From positions 352,001-416,000 of the forward strand of contig CAVUZH010000013.1 in NCBI GenBank assembly GCA_963745835.1: a stretch of DNA of 64,000 nucleotides, written 5' to 3'. The notes under the pieces were generated by a model. The model was given only the letters and a program-made list of their open reading frames with translations. It was not told where the DNA came from and searched no databases. Shown here piece by piece: positions 42,590-51,609 of this stretch. This DNA is from an uncultured delta proteobacterium (GTDB taxonomy: Bacteria > Desulfobacterota > Binatia > UBA9968). The position numbers and the translations under genes were made by a program. Position 1 is the first letter of the stretch; every line of letters starts with the position of its first letter.

Positions 42590-43657
42590 ATGATTGTCGA
42601 TGCTGATGCCCATGTGGTCGAGACCGAACACACCTGGGATTATCTCGATGCTTCCGAAAAGAAATTCCGGCCTCAACTGTTTCAATCGGCCGACAATCCC
42701 AATGCGCAGTATTGGTTCGTCGAGGGCAAATCGATCGGCTTTCGCCCCCCGACCTTGACCGAACAAGAGCTGATCGCGCTTTCCAAGTCTACCGGCCGCG
42801 AACTCAAAACAGCCCCGGAGGCCCGTGAGCTCCGCGATGTCGAGCTGCGCTTGAACCACATGGACAAGCTGGGCATCGATGTTCAGATCCTGTTCAACAC
42901 CATGTGGATTGCCCGCGTTGCCGACAAGGCTGAAGCAGAGATTGCACTTTGCAAATCCTGGAATCATTGGATGGCCGATCTCTGGAAGCAAGGTAAAAAC
43001 CGTCTGCGCTGGTCGTGCGTCGTCCCGGCAATGACCATTAACGAGGCGATCCAGCAGATGCGCTTTGCTAAAGAGAACGGCGCGGTTGCGGTGAGCCTGC
43101 GCCCTTTCGAAGACGATAGGCACCTCGTCGATCCCTACTTCTATCCGATCTACGAGGAAGCGACCCGTTTGAATTTTGCGGTCGCGGTTCACATCGCCAA
43201 TGGGAGCCCGCAGCTCCTGGACCAGTTTAAACCGCGTTATGACAGAATGGGCGGCTTCGCGCAATTTCGTATCCCTACGGTAATCACCTGTTTGTCTTTG
43301 ATGATGAGCGAACTGCCGCAGCAATTTCCGAAACTGCGCTGGGCTTTCGTCGAAGCCTCGGCTCAATGGGTGCCGTGGGTTGTCAAGGAAGCGATCCGTC
43401 GGACCGGCACCAAAGGATTTCCCGATCTGCCTTTCAAGGAATTTCGGATCTACGTCACTACAGAAACAAATGATGACTTCGATTTCGTGCTGCGCTACGC
43501 CGGCGAAGATAACCTCGTCATAGGCACCGATTACGGCCATACCGATGCGTCGAGCGAAGTGGACGCCCTCGATATTTTCCGGGCAAATGATTCATTGCCA
43601 GAGACGATCAAGAAGAAGATCCTAGACGATAATCCGCGCGCGCTATACACCTTGTAG
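42590..43657 (+). CDS. Amidohydrolase_2 family protein (ACMSD/LigW-like fold)
   Basis: DADAHV, PIYEEA..VAVH, FVEA..W.P, GTDYGHTD and NPRALY motifs. Confidence 0.88.
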   Translation: MIVDADAHVVETEHTWDYLDASEKKFRPQLFQSADNPNAQYWFVEGKSIGFRPPTLTEQELIALSKSTGRELKTAPEARELRDVELRLNHMDKLGIDVQILFNTMWIARVADKAEAEIALCKSWNHWMADLWKQGKNRLRWSCVVPAMTINEAIQQMRFAKENGAVAVSLRPFEDDRHLVDPYFYPIYEEATRLNFAVAVHIANGSPQLLDQFKPRYDRMGGFAQFRIPTVITCLSLMMSELPQQFPKLRWAFVEASAQWVPWVVKEAIRRTGTKGFPDLPFKEFRIYVTTETNDDFDFVLRYAGEDNLVIGTDYGHTDASSEVDALDIFRANDSLPETIKKKILDDNPRALYTL

Positions 43658-43705
43658 ATCTTTTCGAAGGTCCGCACCGGCCGTCGCGATTAACCACACC
43701 GATTG

Positions 43706-45076
43706 ATGCCCAAGGATCTACGCAGCTTTATCGCTGAATTAGACGCTACTTCACCCGAAGATGTAGCGCGGGTTACCAAACCGGTCTCGCCGCGCTATGA
43801 GATGTCCGCGATTCTCACCCATCTGGAAAAGCGCAAACGCTTTCCACTGCTGTTTTTAAAAAATTCCAATAATGGACAGGCGCCGGTTGTGATCAACGCT
43901 CAGGCTAGCCGCCGGCTCATGTCCATCGCCTTAGAATGTAAGCCGGAAGACTTAGCGCGCGCATTTAGCGAGCGACAATCAAAACCTTTAGCGCCGGTGG
44001 AGATGATCAACGCGCCGGTGCACGAAATCTCCAGAACCGGCGATGAAATCGATTTAAACGAAGTGCCGCTGCTGACCCACTATGACGTCAATGTCGCTCC
44101 TTACATCACCGCCGGTATCGTCGTAGCAGTCGATCCGGATACGGGAGTGCGCAATACGAGCTATAACCGGCTAATGATGGCAGGCAAACGCGAGCTGAGA
44201 ATCTTCATGGCCGTCGGCAGGCATCTGTGGACGCTGCACAACAAGCTTGAGCGCCGCAACCAATCGCTGCCCATCGCCATCATCATTGGTGTTCACCCTC
44301 TTTTTTCTCTGGGAGCACAAGCGCTCACGCCAGCGGATGAAGACGAGTACGCCGTCATCGGCGGCATGATGAACGAACCACTTCGTCTCGCACGAGCGAA
44401 AACGGTTCCGATTCTCGTGCCCGCGGATGCTGAGATGATTATAGAAGGCCAGATCATGCCGAACCTGCGTCGTCTCGAGGGCCCATTTGGCGAGTTTACC
44501 GGTCATGCCGTGCCGCAGGACCAACGGCAAGTCATTGAAGTCACCGCTATTACCCACCGCGACAATTACATTTTTCAGGACATTCATGCCGGGTATACCG
44601 AGCATAAATTGATGGGCGCGGTGCCGCGCGAAGCGGCTCTGTTGAAAGCGGTTCGCCTGACGGTTCCTACAGTCACGAATGTGTGCATGCCGGTGTCGGG
44701 TAATTGCCGCTTTCACGCGTACATTTCGATCGCTAAACGAACGCCGGGTCAAGCCAAAAACGCCATATGCGCGGCGTTCGCTGCCGATATGCTGCTTAAA
44801 CACGTGGTGGTGGTCGATGACGACATCGACGTCTTCGACGAGGAACGGGTTCTGTGGGCAATCTCCAATCGCTTTCAGGCGGATCGCGGGCTGGTGGTCA
44901 TTGCAAATGCTCAGGGCAGCGAACTTGATCCCTCCGCTAACCCGGGAGGTGTTAACGCCAAAATGGGTCTGGACGCAACCAAACCGCTCACTGGATTTCC
45001 GCCGGAACTCAGAGTGCCGGAAGAAGTTTTAGAAAAGATCAGCCTCGACGACTTCCTTCCTGATTTCGCAAAATGA
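43706..45076 (+). CDS. UbiD family (de)carboxylase
   Basis: DLRSFI, YITAG, NTSYNR, EGPFGEFTGH, VVDDDID and KMGLDAT motifs. Confidence 0.92.
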   Translation: MPKDLRSFIAELDATSPEDVARVTKPVSPRYEMSAILTHLEKRKRFPLLFLKNSNNGQAPVVINAQASRRLMSIALECKPEDLARAFSERQSKPLAPVEMINAPVHEISRTGDEIDLNEVPLLTHYDVNVAPYITAGIVVAVDPDTGVRNTSYNRLMMAGKRELRIFMAVGRHLWTLHNKLERRNQSLPIAIIIGVHPLFSLGAQALTPADEDEYAVIGGMMNEPLRLARAKTVPILVPADAEMIIEGQIMPNLRRLEGPFGEFTGHAVPQDQRQVIEVTAITHRDNYIFQDIHAGYTEHKLMGAVPREAALLKAVRLTVPTVTNVCMPVSGNCRFHAYISIAKRTPGQAKNAICAAFAADMLLKHVVVVDDDIDVFDEERVLWAISNRFQADRGLVVIANAQGSELDPSANPGGVNAKMGLDATKPLTGFPPELRVPEEVLEKISLDDFLPDFAK

Positions 45077-45107
45077 TGACTCCGCGGTTGCTCTATAGCT
45101 CATGAAC

Positions 45108-45130
45108 TAACCCCGGTTCGGCTGGGGTTA
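45108..45130 (+). terminator. Probable terminator after the UbiD gene
   Basis: TAACCCC...GGGGTTA stem followed by the AT-rich AAATTTTAATTT. Confidence 0.5.
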
Positions 45131-45190
45131 AAATTTTAATTTACCGCCCGGCTATCCGTATGCCCTTCTCCCCCTCGCATGCGCTAGCAT

Positions 45191-45220
45191 TTGACAGGGC
45201 GATTCATCATCGGCTAACCT
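45191..45220 (+). promoter_or_regulatory. Sigma70-type promoter of the amidase-actin unit
   Basis: TTGACA-18 nt-TAACCT, about 20 nt before the ORF. Confidence 0.6.
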
Positions 45221-45241
45221 TGCACATCTTCGATCCTTTCT

Positions 45242-46282
45242 TTGAATGATCAGTCAAGCTACCTCAGTCGAATGGCCAGCATAGAGCAGGACAAACTCCG
45301 CCTCCTCAGGGGCGCAGTCCAAGACAACGTTGACCTGCTGCGCGGAATCCGAACCCATACTCGGAGCCGCCATCGAAAAATCGAAGGACCCTGGATATGG
45401 AGTCCGTTTTTACTAGCCGTTCTCGCAATTCTCTGGCAGGCTTCGCCGGTCATCTCGACCAGGCCCACGGCTACACCACAGGATGCCAAAGCGGACACCA
45501 AACAGGCTCAAGCGATGGCTCAATTCGGTGCGCTGGAAGTTCAAACACCGGCACTCACGCCGCATCCGCTCGATCGCGCGGTTATTCCGCTCGGGGTTAA
45601 GAGAATCGTCATCGATGCCGGTCACGGCGGCAAGCAGCCGGGGGCGATATCCGAATCCGGTGTCTCCGAGAAGGACATCACCTTGGACATTGCGCTCCGT
45701 GTGCACCGCCTCCTTGACAACGCGCCATTCGAAGTCTTGATGACGCGTCAAGATGACCGAACTATGACGCTGGAGAAAAGAGTCGCGTTCGCTAACTCGA
45801 ACCGAGCGGATCTTTTTATTTCAATCCATATCAACTGGACCGAACCGCGCGAGATTCGTCCGTTGGAAACCTACTTCGTCGGGCCCAGTGACGACCCGGC
45901 AACGATTAAATTGGCGAGCATGGAAAACCAGGAATCCGGCTATTCATTATCGGAGTACCGACGGGTGTTGGAAAAAATCTATATCGATACGCGACGCGAT
46001 GAATCTCGCAGTCTGGCCAAGAACATCCATGCAGAATTGTACCAAGCCCTCAAAGCGGTAAATCCGACGCTGGACAATCGAGGTGTTAGAACGGCGCCCT
46101 TTTTAGTTCTCGTCGGCACGGAGATGCCGGCTATACTCCTCGAAGTCTCGAGCCTGTCAAACGAAGAAGAAGTAGAGTTGTTGATAGACCCCGATTACCG
46201 GGAAAAAATCGCGCTGGCGGTATCCAGAGGAATTGGCAGCTACGCGAGCAATCTTAATAGGTCAGCTGAGAAAGGTAGCTAA
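45242..46282 (+). CDS. N-acetylmuramoyl-L-alanine amidase (Amidase_3) with N-terminal membrane anchor
   Basis: Zn-binding and catalytic motifs IDAGHGG, EKDITL, SIHIN and LLEVS; hydrophobic WIWSPFLLAVLAILW after a charged leader. Start is TTG 45242 or ATG 45272. Confidence 0.9.
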   Translation: MNDQSSYLSRMASIEQDKLRLLRGAVQDNVDLLRGIRTHTRSRHRKIEGPWIWSPFLLAVLAILWQASPVISTRPTATPQDAKADTKQAQAMAQFGALEVQTPALTPHPLDRAVIPLGVKRIVIDAGHGGKQPGAISESGVSEKDITLDIALRVHRLLDNAPFEVLMTRQDDRTMTLEKRVAFANSNRADLFISIHINWTEPREIRPLETYFVGPSDDPATIKLASMENQESGYSLSEYRRVLEKIYIDTRRDESRSLAKNIHAELYQALKAVNPTLDNRGVRTAPFLVLVGTEMPAILLEVSSLSNEEEVELLIDPDYREKIALAVSRGIGSYASNLNRSAEKGS

Positions 46283-46288
46283 ACGTCA

Positions 46289-47320
46289 ATGGAAGAAACA
46301 AATGATACACTTTGCGTCGGAATCGATCTCGGCACCTCGCGGAGTTCCATTTCGGCATCCAACGGCGAGCGCCACGTAATCGACAGTTATGTCGGTTGGC
46401 CGCTCGATATGGTCGCGCGCAAGCTGATCCAAAAACCGATTCTTGTCGGTCGTGAAGCATTGGATAGTCGTTCGATGCTGGATCTTCGCCGTCCCATGGA
46501 GCGCGGCTTGATCAAGGATGGATCAAAAAAGGACGAAGAAGCCGTCCAGGAGATCCTCCGGCATTTGATCACGCAGACCGGCTTGAAACAGAAAAATAAG
46601 ACGCGTTCAAAGGTTCGCGCCGTGGTCGGCGTGCCCGCGGAGGCTTTCAGGAATAGCAAACAGCGCTTGCGTAGTGCCATGGAGGGGGTGGCCGACAGCG
46701 TCATGTTGGTGTCCGAACCCTTCGCTGTAGCGTACGGATTAGAAGCTTTACTGCACGCCCTTATTATTGATATCGGTGCGGGAACGGCTGACTTTTGCGT
46801 GATGCAAGGGCGTTATCCGACCGAGGAAGACCAAAGAACCTTACCCAATGCCGGCGACTCGATTGACGAACAACTGCTGAAATTAGTGCGCGAGCACCAT
46901 CCCGAAGCGCAAACTTCGATTCATATGATTCGTGAATGGAAGGAGAAATGGAGCTTTGTCGGTGAGGCGAAACAACCGGTTTTAGTTTCTGTTCCGGTCA
47001 AGGGGAAGGCCACCGATTTGGATGTCACCGCGGAGATGCGCGCCGCCTGCGAAAGCATCTTAGCGCCCGTTTGTGAAACCATGTTGGACCTGCTCACCAG
47101 AGTCGAGCCCGAATACCAAGCGAAGGTTCGCAATAATGTTATTCTCGCCGGCGGCACTTCGCTCATCGTTGGACTGAGCCAAGCAATTGAGCAGGCGCTG
47201 GCCGAGCTCGGTGGCGGCCACGCCACGGTTGTTAAAGATCCGGTTTTCGCGGGTTCCGATGGCGGCCTGGCGATCGCCCAGGATGCATCGAGCTCGGATT
47301 GGGAAAAGTTGTCACTTTAG
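46289..47320 (+). CDS. MamK-like actin-family ATPase
   Basis: Phosphate-1 GIDLGTS, SYVGWP.D, VVGVPA, VSEPFAVAYG, phosphate-2 IDIGAGTADFC, P..EDQ.TL..AG, KEKWSFVG, PEYQ, adenosine LAGG, VKDPVF. The pattern matches MamK (VSEPFMVGYG, PEDQVTL, PEYQ, VKDPTF, recalled from memory) rather than MreB. Confidence 0.88.
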   Translation: MEETNDTLCVGIDLGTSRSSISASNGERHVIDSYVGWPLDMVARKLIQKPILVGREALDSRSMLDLRRPMERGLIKDGSKKDEEAVQEILRHLITQTGLKQKNKTRSKVRAVVGVPAEAFRNSKQRLRSAMEGVADSVMLVSEPFAVAYGLEALLHALIIDIGAGTADFCVMQGRYPTEEDQRTLPNAGDSIDEQLLKLVREHHPEAQTSIHMIREWKEKWSFVGEAKQPVLVSVPVKGKATDLDVTAEMRAACESILAPVCETMLDLLTRVEPEYQAKVRNNVILAGGTSLIVGLSQAIEQALAELGGGHATVVKDPVFAGSDGGLAIAQDASSSDWEKLSL

Positions 47321-47471
47321 ATAATCCCGCCGCTCCGATGCCGGCTTCTTGGATGCATCACTTGCCGATAAACGCCTGATGGAATGTCAGTGATGACTGC
47401 TCTTTAAGGTTCTTCTCGAACCGTCGACGTTTTCTAGGCGTCAGGCAAACGATGGCGCGACAGCGAAAAAG

Positions 47472-48218
47472 CTAATCGCGAATTGCCAGCGCGCCGCCAT
47501 CGACAGGCAGGTCGATGGCGTAGATGAACTCGGACTCATCTGAGGCAAGAAATACTACGGCTTTGGCAATATCCATCGGAACGCCGCGCCGGCCAGCCAA
47601 GTTTTTGACGAAGCGATTTTCCGGAACTTCTTCCTGACCAACAGGCGAGCCGATTCGATTCGGCGATACCGAATTTACGCGAATGCCTTCCGGCGCCAAT
47701 TGCACCGCGATCGATCGGGTGAGATTAAGCACACCCGCTTTGGCGGTGGTGTAGGCCGTCGCTTCCTTACGTCCCCAATGGCCTGAGGTCGAAGCGATGT
47801 TGATGATCTTGCCTTTGCGCTTGTGATCGATCATCACCTTGGCAGCCGATCGCGTACAGTACCACACGCTCCTAAGGCACACGTTCATGACACGGTCCCA
47901 CTCTTCTTCGGTAATATCGAACAAGGTTTTGTGATCGGTCCAAGCGGCGTTGTTGACCAAGATGTCGATAGCGCCAAATTGCTTCACTACCGTCTGAACC
48001 ATTTGATCTACCGAATCAGCCGATGCGACATCGCATACGACCGAGATAGCCGACCCTGGCTTGGTCGCGTTGATTTCACTAGCCACACGGCTGCCTCTTC
48101 CCTGATCGAGATCGACTACCGCCACCTTGGCGCCTTCATGAGCAAAAAGCTTGGAGACGTCTTCACCGATATTGCGCCCTGCGCCGGTAACCACCGCGAC
48201 TTGATTCTGCAGTCTCAT
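47472..48218 (-). CDS. Short-chain dehydrogenase/reductase
   Basis: TGAGRNIG, LVNNAA, YTTAK and IRVNSVSP motifs. Confidence 0.92.
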   Translation of the reverse strand: MRLQNQVAVVTGAGRNIGEDVSKLFAHEGAKVAVVDLDQGRGSRVASEINATKPGSAISVVCDVASADSVDQMVQTVVKQFGAIDILVNNAAWTDHKTLFDITEEEWDRVMNVCLRSVWYCTRSAAKVMIDHKRKGKIINIASTSGHWGRKEATAYTTAKAGVLNLTRSIAVQLAPEGIRVNSVSPNRIGSPVGQEEVPENRFVKNLAGRRGVPMDIAKAVVFLASDESEFIYAIDLPVDGGALAIRD

Positions 48219-48326
48219 CGTTTCCTCCATCATCAATTTTTCTGCTGAATAACAGAACCTAGATTAAAGGTCCAGCTACCGGGAGGGACTACCGACTAAA
48301 GAAGAGCTAAGGGAGGAGCGATCTGG

Positions 48327-49349
48327 TTAAAGACTGACTTTCTCGACGTACAGATCTTTCAAAAACTTGCTATTTTTGAGCTCCTCAAGGAAGCGCGGTT
48401 CGATGACGTCGTTCGGCTTTATCGATCCAGTACGCTTATCGACAACAGCGCCGACATCAACCAGCGCTTGAAGCGACTCGGAATTGAGCTCCGGGAGCGG
48501 CCGAAGCTGGGAGGAGAAACTATCGTACATCGACTGAACAGATCCCGCCTGGGTATCCGGAAAATACTTCTTGATGATTGCCAGGCTCTCCTCACGACGG
48601 GTCACCAGGTGATTAATCGCCGCGGCATAGCCCTTCATAAAGCGCCGGATCGTTTCCTCGTCTTTCTTGATAAACGAGCGGGTCGTTACCAGCAAATCTG
48701 TCACCACAGGCACCGCCTTTACTTCAAGGGTCTTGATGCCTAACTTTTTCGCTTCTGCGGCAAGTTCTTCGCTCAACGGCGCGCCTTGCACAAGGTTCTT
48801 GGAAATTGCCAAAGCTCGCGCCGGTGCGAGCCCGGCGGCGACGATTTCAACATCTCTTACCGGGTCTAGCCCGGCGCGCCTAAGTATGACCCGTGCAATC
48901 AGGTCCGATCTCGAACCTAGTGCAGAAACAGCAACTTTCTTACCCTTCAAATCCTTAACCGAACCGATGGATGACGCGACTCCCATTCCATAGTGGTCCA
49001 GTCTCACGTGAGAGCCGATTACGGTAATATCGGCGCCGTTAGCCATCGGTTGAAGAATCGCCAATGGACTGCCGGAGCCTATCAGAAGGTCAACTCCCAG
49101 GAGCGCCTGTATTCCGGCAGACATGTTGTCCCTGATTGGAATCTCCTCGACCTCGATATCATATTTTTTAAAGAGCCCGGCATCCACCCCGACATAAGCA
49201 ACTGCAGTCCCCAATTCCCATCCGGCATAGGCGAGGCGTATTTTCTTGGCGCCATCAGCGGCAAAAGCAAGGCCCGCCAGAGTAGTGACAAACCAAAAGA
49301 CCACAATGAAACCCAACGCTCGCAAATTGAAAGACTTTCGCTTGCTCAT
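48327..49349 (-). CDS. NMT1/SsuA-like substrate-binding protein
   Basis: Signal peptide, AGLFKKYDIEVE and DLKGKKVAVSALGS motifs. Confidence 0.85.
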   Translation of the reverse strand: MSKRKSFNLRALGFIVVFWFVTTLAGLAFAADGAKKIRLAYAGWELGTAVAYVGVDAGLFKKYDIEVEEIPIRDNMSAGIQALLGVDLLIGSGSPLAILQPMANGADITVIGSHVRLDHYGMGVASSIGSVKDLKGKKVAVSALGSRSDLIARVILRRAGLDPVRDVEIVAAGLAPARALAISKNLVQGAPLSEELAAEAKKLGIKTLEVKAVPVVTDLLVTTRSFIKKDEETIRRFMKGYAAAINHLVTRREESLAIIKKYFPDTQAGSVQSMYDSFSSQLRPLPELNSESLQALVDVGAVVDKRTGSIKPNDVIEPRFLEELKNSKFLKDLYVEKVSL

Positions 49350-49487
49350 ATTTTGACTATAGCTCACCGCTCCAGCGCTTCCAAGTGGAACGTAACGGGA
49401 CCACGCGTTCGGCTCTCGAAGCGATTGATGCCTCGATTTCATGTTGATATCTTCAGCGTAAGCCCATCGCGAGTCTTGGAGGCGCTA

Positions 49488-49888
49488 ATGAGATTTCTCC
49501 ACACGATGATCGAGTTAATAATTTAGATGAGTCCCTAAGGTTCTACTGTGATGTCTTAGGTATGAAGCTGATTCGACAAAGAGATTACCCGTCCGGCAAG
49601 TTCACCCTCGCTTTGGTGGGATTCGGTCATGAGGTACAAAACACGGTCATCGAATTGACATACAACTGGGAGACTCATCAGTATGACCTCGGTAATGCCT
49701 TCGGACATCTGGCGCTGGGGGAGTGGAAGACATCTATAAAACCTGCGACGACCTATGGAGAAAAGGCGCAAAAATTGTTCGCGAACCTGGTCCGATTGAA
49801 GCAGGCGGAACCGAGATCGCGTTCATCGAAGATCACAATGGGATATAAAATCGAGCTGATTGACCTAAGCCGGCGCGGGCAAGCCTAA
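49488..49888 (+). CDS. gloA: Lactoylglutathione lyase (glyoxalase I), frameshifted
   Basis: MRFLHTMI[fs]VNNLDESLRFYCDVLGMKL...GKFTLA..G...IELTYNW...YDLGNAFGHLA[fs]...GYKIELI. Confidence 0.85.
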
Positions 49889-50028
49889 CCGCCCGATGCG
49901 CTATGCAAAGTGCCAGCCGGAGAGCTAGATTAGTGCGGCGAGCAAGATTGCAACCGCGTCAGATTTAATTTACGATCATGTGATTTTCACTCCAGTCCAA
50001 ACCCGCTACATCTAGGAGGATTGCTGTC

Positions 50029-50853
50029 ATGGCTACGATGATTACTAATGAGTGTATAAACTGCGGCGCATGCGAGCCGGAGTGCCCCAACAACGCTATT
50101 TCACAGGGTGAAACCATCTTTGTCATCGATCCTCAGCTTTGCACCGAATGCGTCGGCTTCCATGATTTCGAGGCTTGCGCCGCGGTTTGCCCGGTTGATT
50201 GCTGTGTAACCGACCCGAATAACATCGAAACGGAAGAAGCGCTGATCGCACGAGCTCGCGCGCTTCATCCTGAGACCGACATCGGCGACAACTTCGAATC
50301 CCGCTTCCGCAAAGGCGAAGGGAAATCAGCCGCTCCAACTGCACAGAAACCCGCCCCGGCGGCAGCTTCGGCGGACTCAAGCGTCGCTGCAGCACCGCTT
50401 ACCACCGCAACCGCACCGCAGACGTCAGGTTACGCCGAACCGGCTGACAATTTCATTTCTTTACCCCCGATTGATGCTTGGGAGATTCCGCTTCGCTGCT
50501 TTAAATGCGGGCAAACACATCCAGAGCCCGTGCGTAACTTCATGATCGGCAATGTCATCTTCTGCCCTCAATGCCACAAATCAATGGTCGTGCGCGACAA
50601 TCTTAATTATCACATTCGAACACTGCTAACCGATTCTTATGACAAGTGGCAAAAGGAGCAGGAAGCCTACGTCAACCGGAGAGAAACCGAGCTGGCGGAG
50701 TTTATGGAGAAGCGCGCCAAAGACGCCCAAGGGTTCGAATCACATCAGCAGCGACAGCTAGAACACATTCGCGAGCAGTTAGCCGGGCTGGGGGAAAATT
50801 ATGACGCGCCCGGGAAACCGATCAAGAAGGGCTCGCGTTTTGGTTGGGGATGA
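50029..50853 (+). CDS. YfhL-type 2x[4Fe-4S] ferredoxin with linker, zinc ribbon and coiled-coil extension
   Basis: CINCGACEPECP and CTECVG...CAAVCPVDC; then an Ala/Pro-rich linker, CFKC...CPQC and a charged helix. Confidence 0.85.
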   Translation: MATMITNECINCGACEPECPNNAISQGETIFVIDPQLCTECVGFHDFEACAAVCPVDCCVTDPNNIETEEALIARARALHPETDIGDNFESRFRKGEGKSAAPTAQKPAPAAASADSSVAAAPLTTATAPQTSGYAEPADNFISLPPIDAWEIPLRCFKCGQTHPEPVRNFMIGNVIFCPQCHKSMVVRDNLNYHIRTLLTDSYDKWQKEQEAYVNRRETELAEFMEKRAKDAQGFESHQQRQLEHIREQLAGLGENYDAPGKPIKKGSRFGWG

Positions 50854-50865
50854 TTCCGGCCGATT

Positions 50866-51348
50866 TTGACTCTGATGCTCAATTCATGGCTTCACATTGT
50901 CGCTTTAGTTGCTTACCTCGGCGCCATTCTCGGTCTCGGGTTTATGCTTTTGCCTTCTTTGTCCTCCGTTGAAGAACACGAGGACAGGGTTCATTTCCTT
51001 GCTCGGGGTCTAAAGTTCTACAATCCTTTACAAGTAGGCGCGTTGGGTCTCGTGCTATTTAGCGGCGCATTCGAGTTAACCCATCTCAAAGCGATCTATC
51101 GTGAAATGTTTTTGAAGCAGTTGGGCTACAATCTGGCAATGAAGCTCACCTTCGCTTTCCTGCTGGTCTTCTTTAGCGTCTACCAAGCCATGGGAATTGG
51201 CCACCGTTTCGTCAAACGTCGCGAGCTCGGTGAATCCATTACACCGACTGAGCTCGATTCAGTCGTGCGGCGCCTAAGCGGGGCAAACTGGCTCATCTTA
51301 TTTCTCGCCGTCATTACCATTTGGTTGGGGCTGCAGCTCCAATCCTGA
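50866..51348 (+). CDS. Four-helix membrane protein (CopD-like)
   Basis: Four hydrophobic segments, WLHIVA and LAMKL motifs. Confidence 0.7.
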   Translation: MTLMLNSWLHIVALVAYLGAILGLGFMLLPSLSSVEEHEDRVHFLARGLKFYNPLQVGALGLVLFSGAFELTHLKAIYREMFLKQLGYNLAMKLTFAFLLVFFSVYQAMGIGHRFVKRRELGESITPTELDSVVRRLSGANWLILFLAVITIWLGLQLQS

Positions 51349-51561
51349 GAAACACACACGATGCGCTCTTAAATATGGCTACCCCTGGCCGCCCCCGGGG
51401 TCGGATCGAAGAATTACTGCGCCATACGTACATCAAGAAACTTTCGTCGATGTTCCCGGAGAGCTTGGCAGCTCGTGGCGCTGTGTCTCGAAATGGATTC
51501 GGACCTGTCACCCGTTCAACGGGAGACTCTTAGGAGCATAGCTGCTGGAGGCGGGCAATAA

Positions 51562-51591
51562 AAAAGGCGGGGTATCTCTACCCCGCCTTTT
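51562..51591. terminator. Bidirectional intrinsic terminator
   Basis: AAAAGGCGGGGTA-TCTC-TACCCCGCCTTTT between convergent genes. Confidence 0.85.
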
Positions 51592-51609
51592 GACACTCAC
51601 AGGTAGTTT

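Noticed and set aside
42509-43540. 343-aa antisense ORF, and similar shadow ORFs such as 28034..28663, 44171..44803 and 11506..12201
   Set aside because: They overlap well-supported genes and lack motifs; expected from GC-rich codon bias.
46289-47320. Calling this a magnetosome island or mreB
   Set aside because: No other mam/mad genes and no mreC/mreD nearby; the motifs differ from MreB. Magnetotaxis cannot be claimed from this gene alone.
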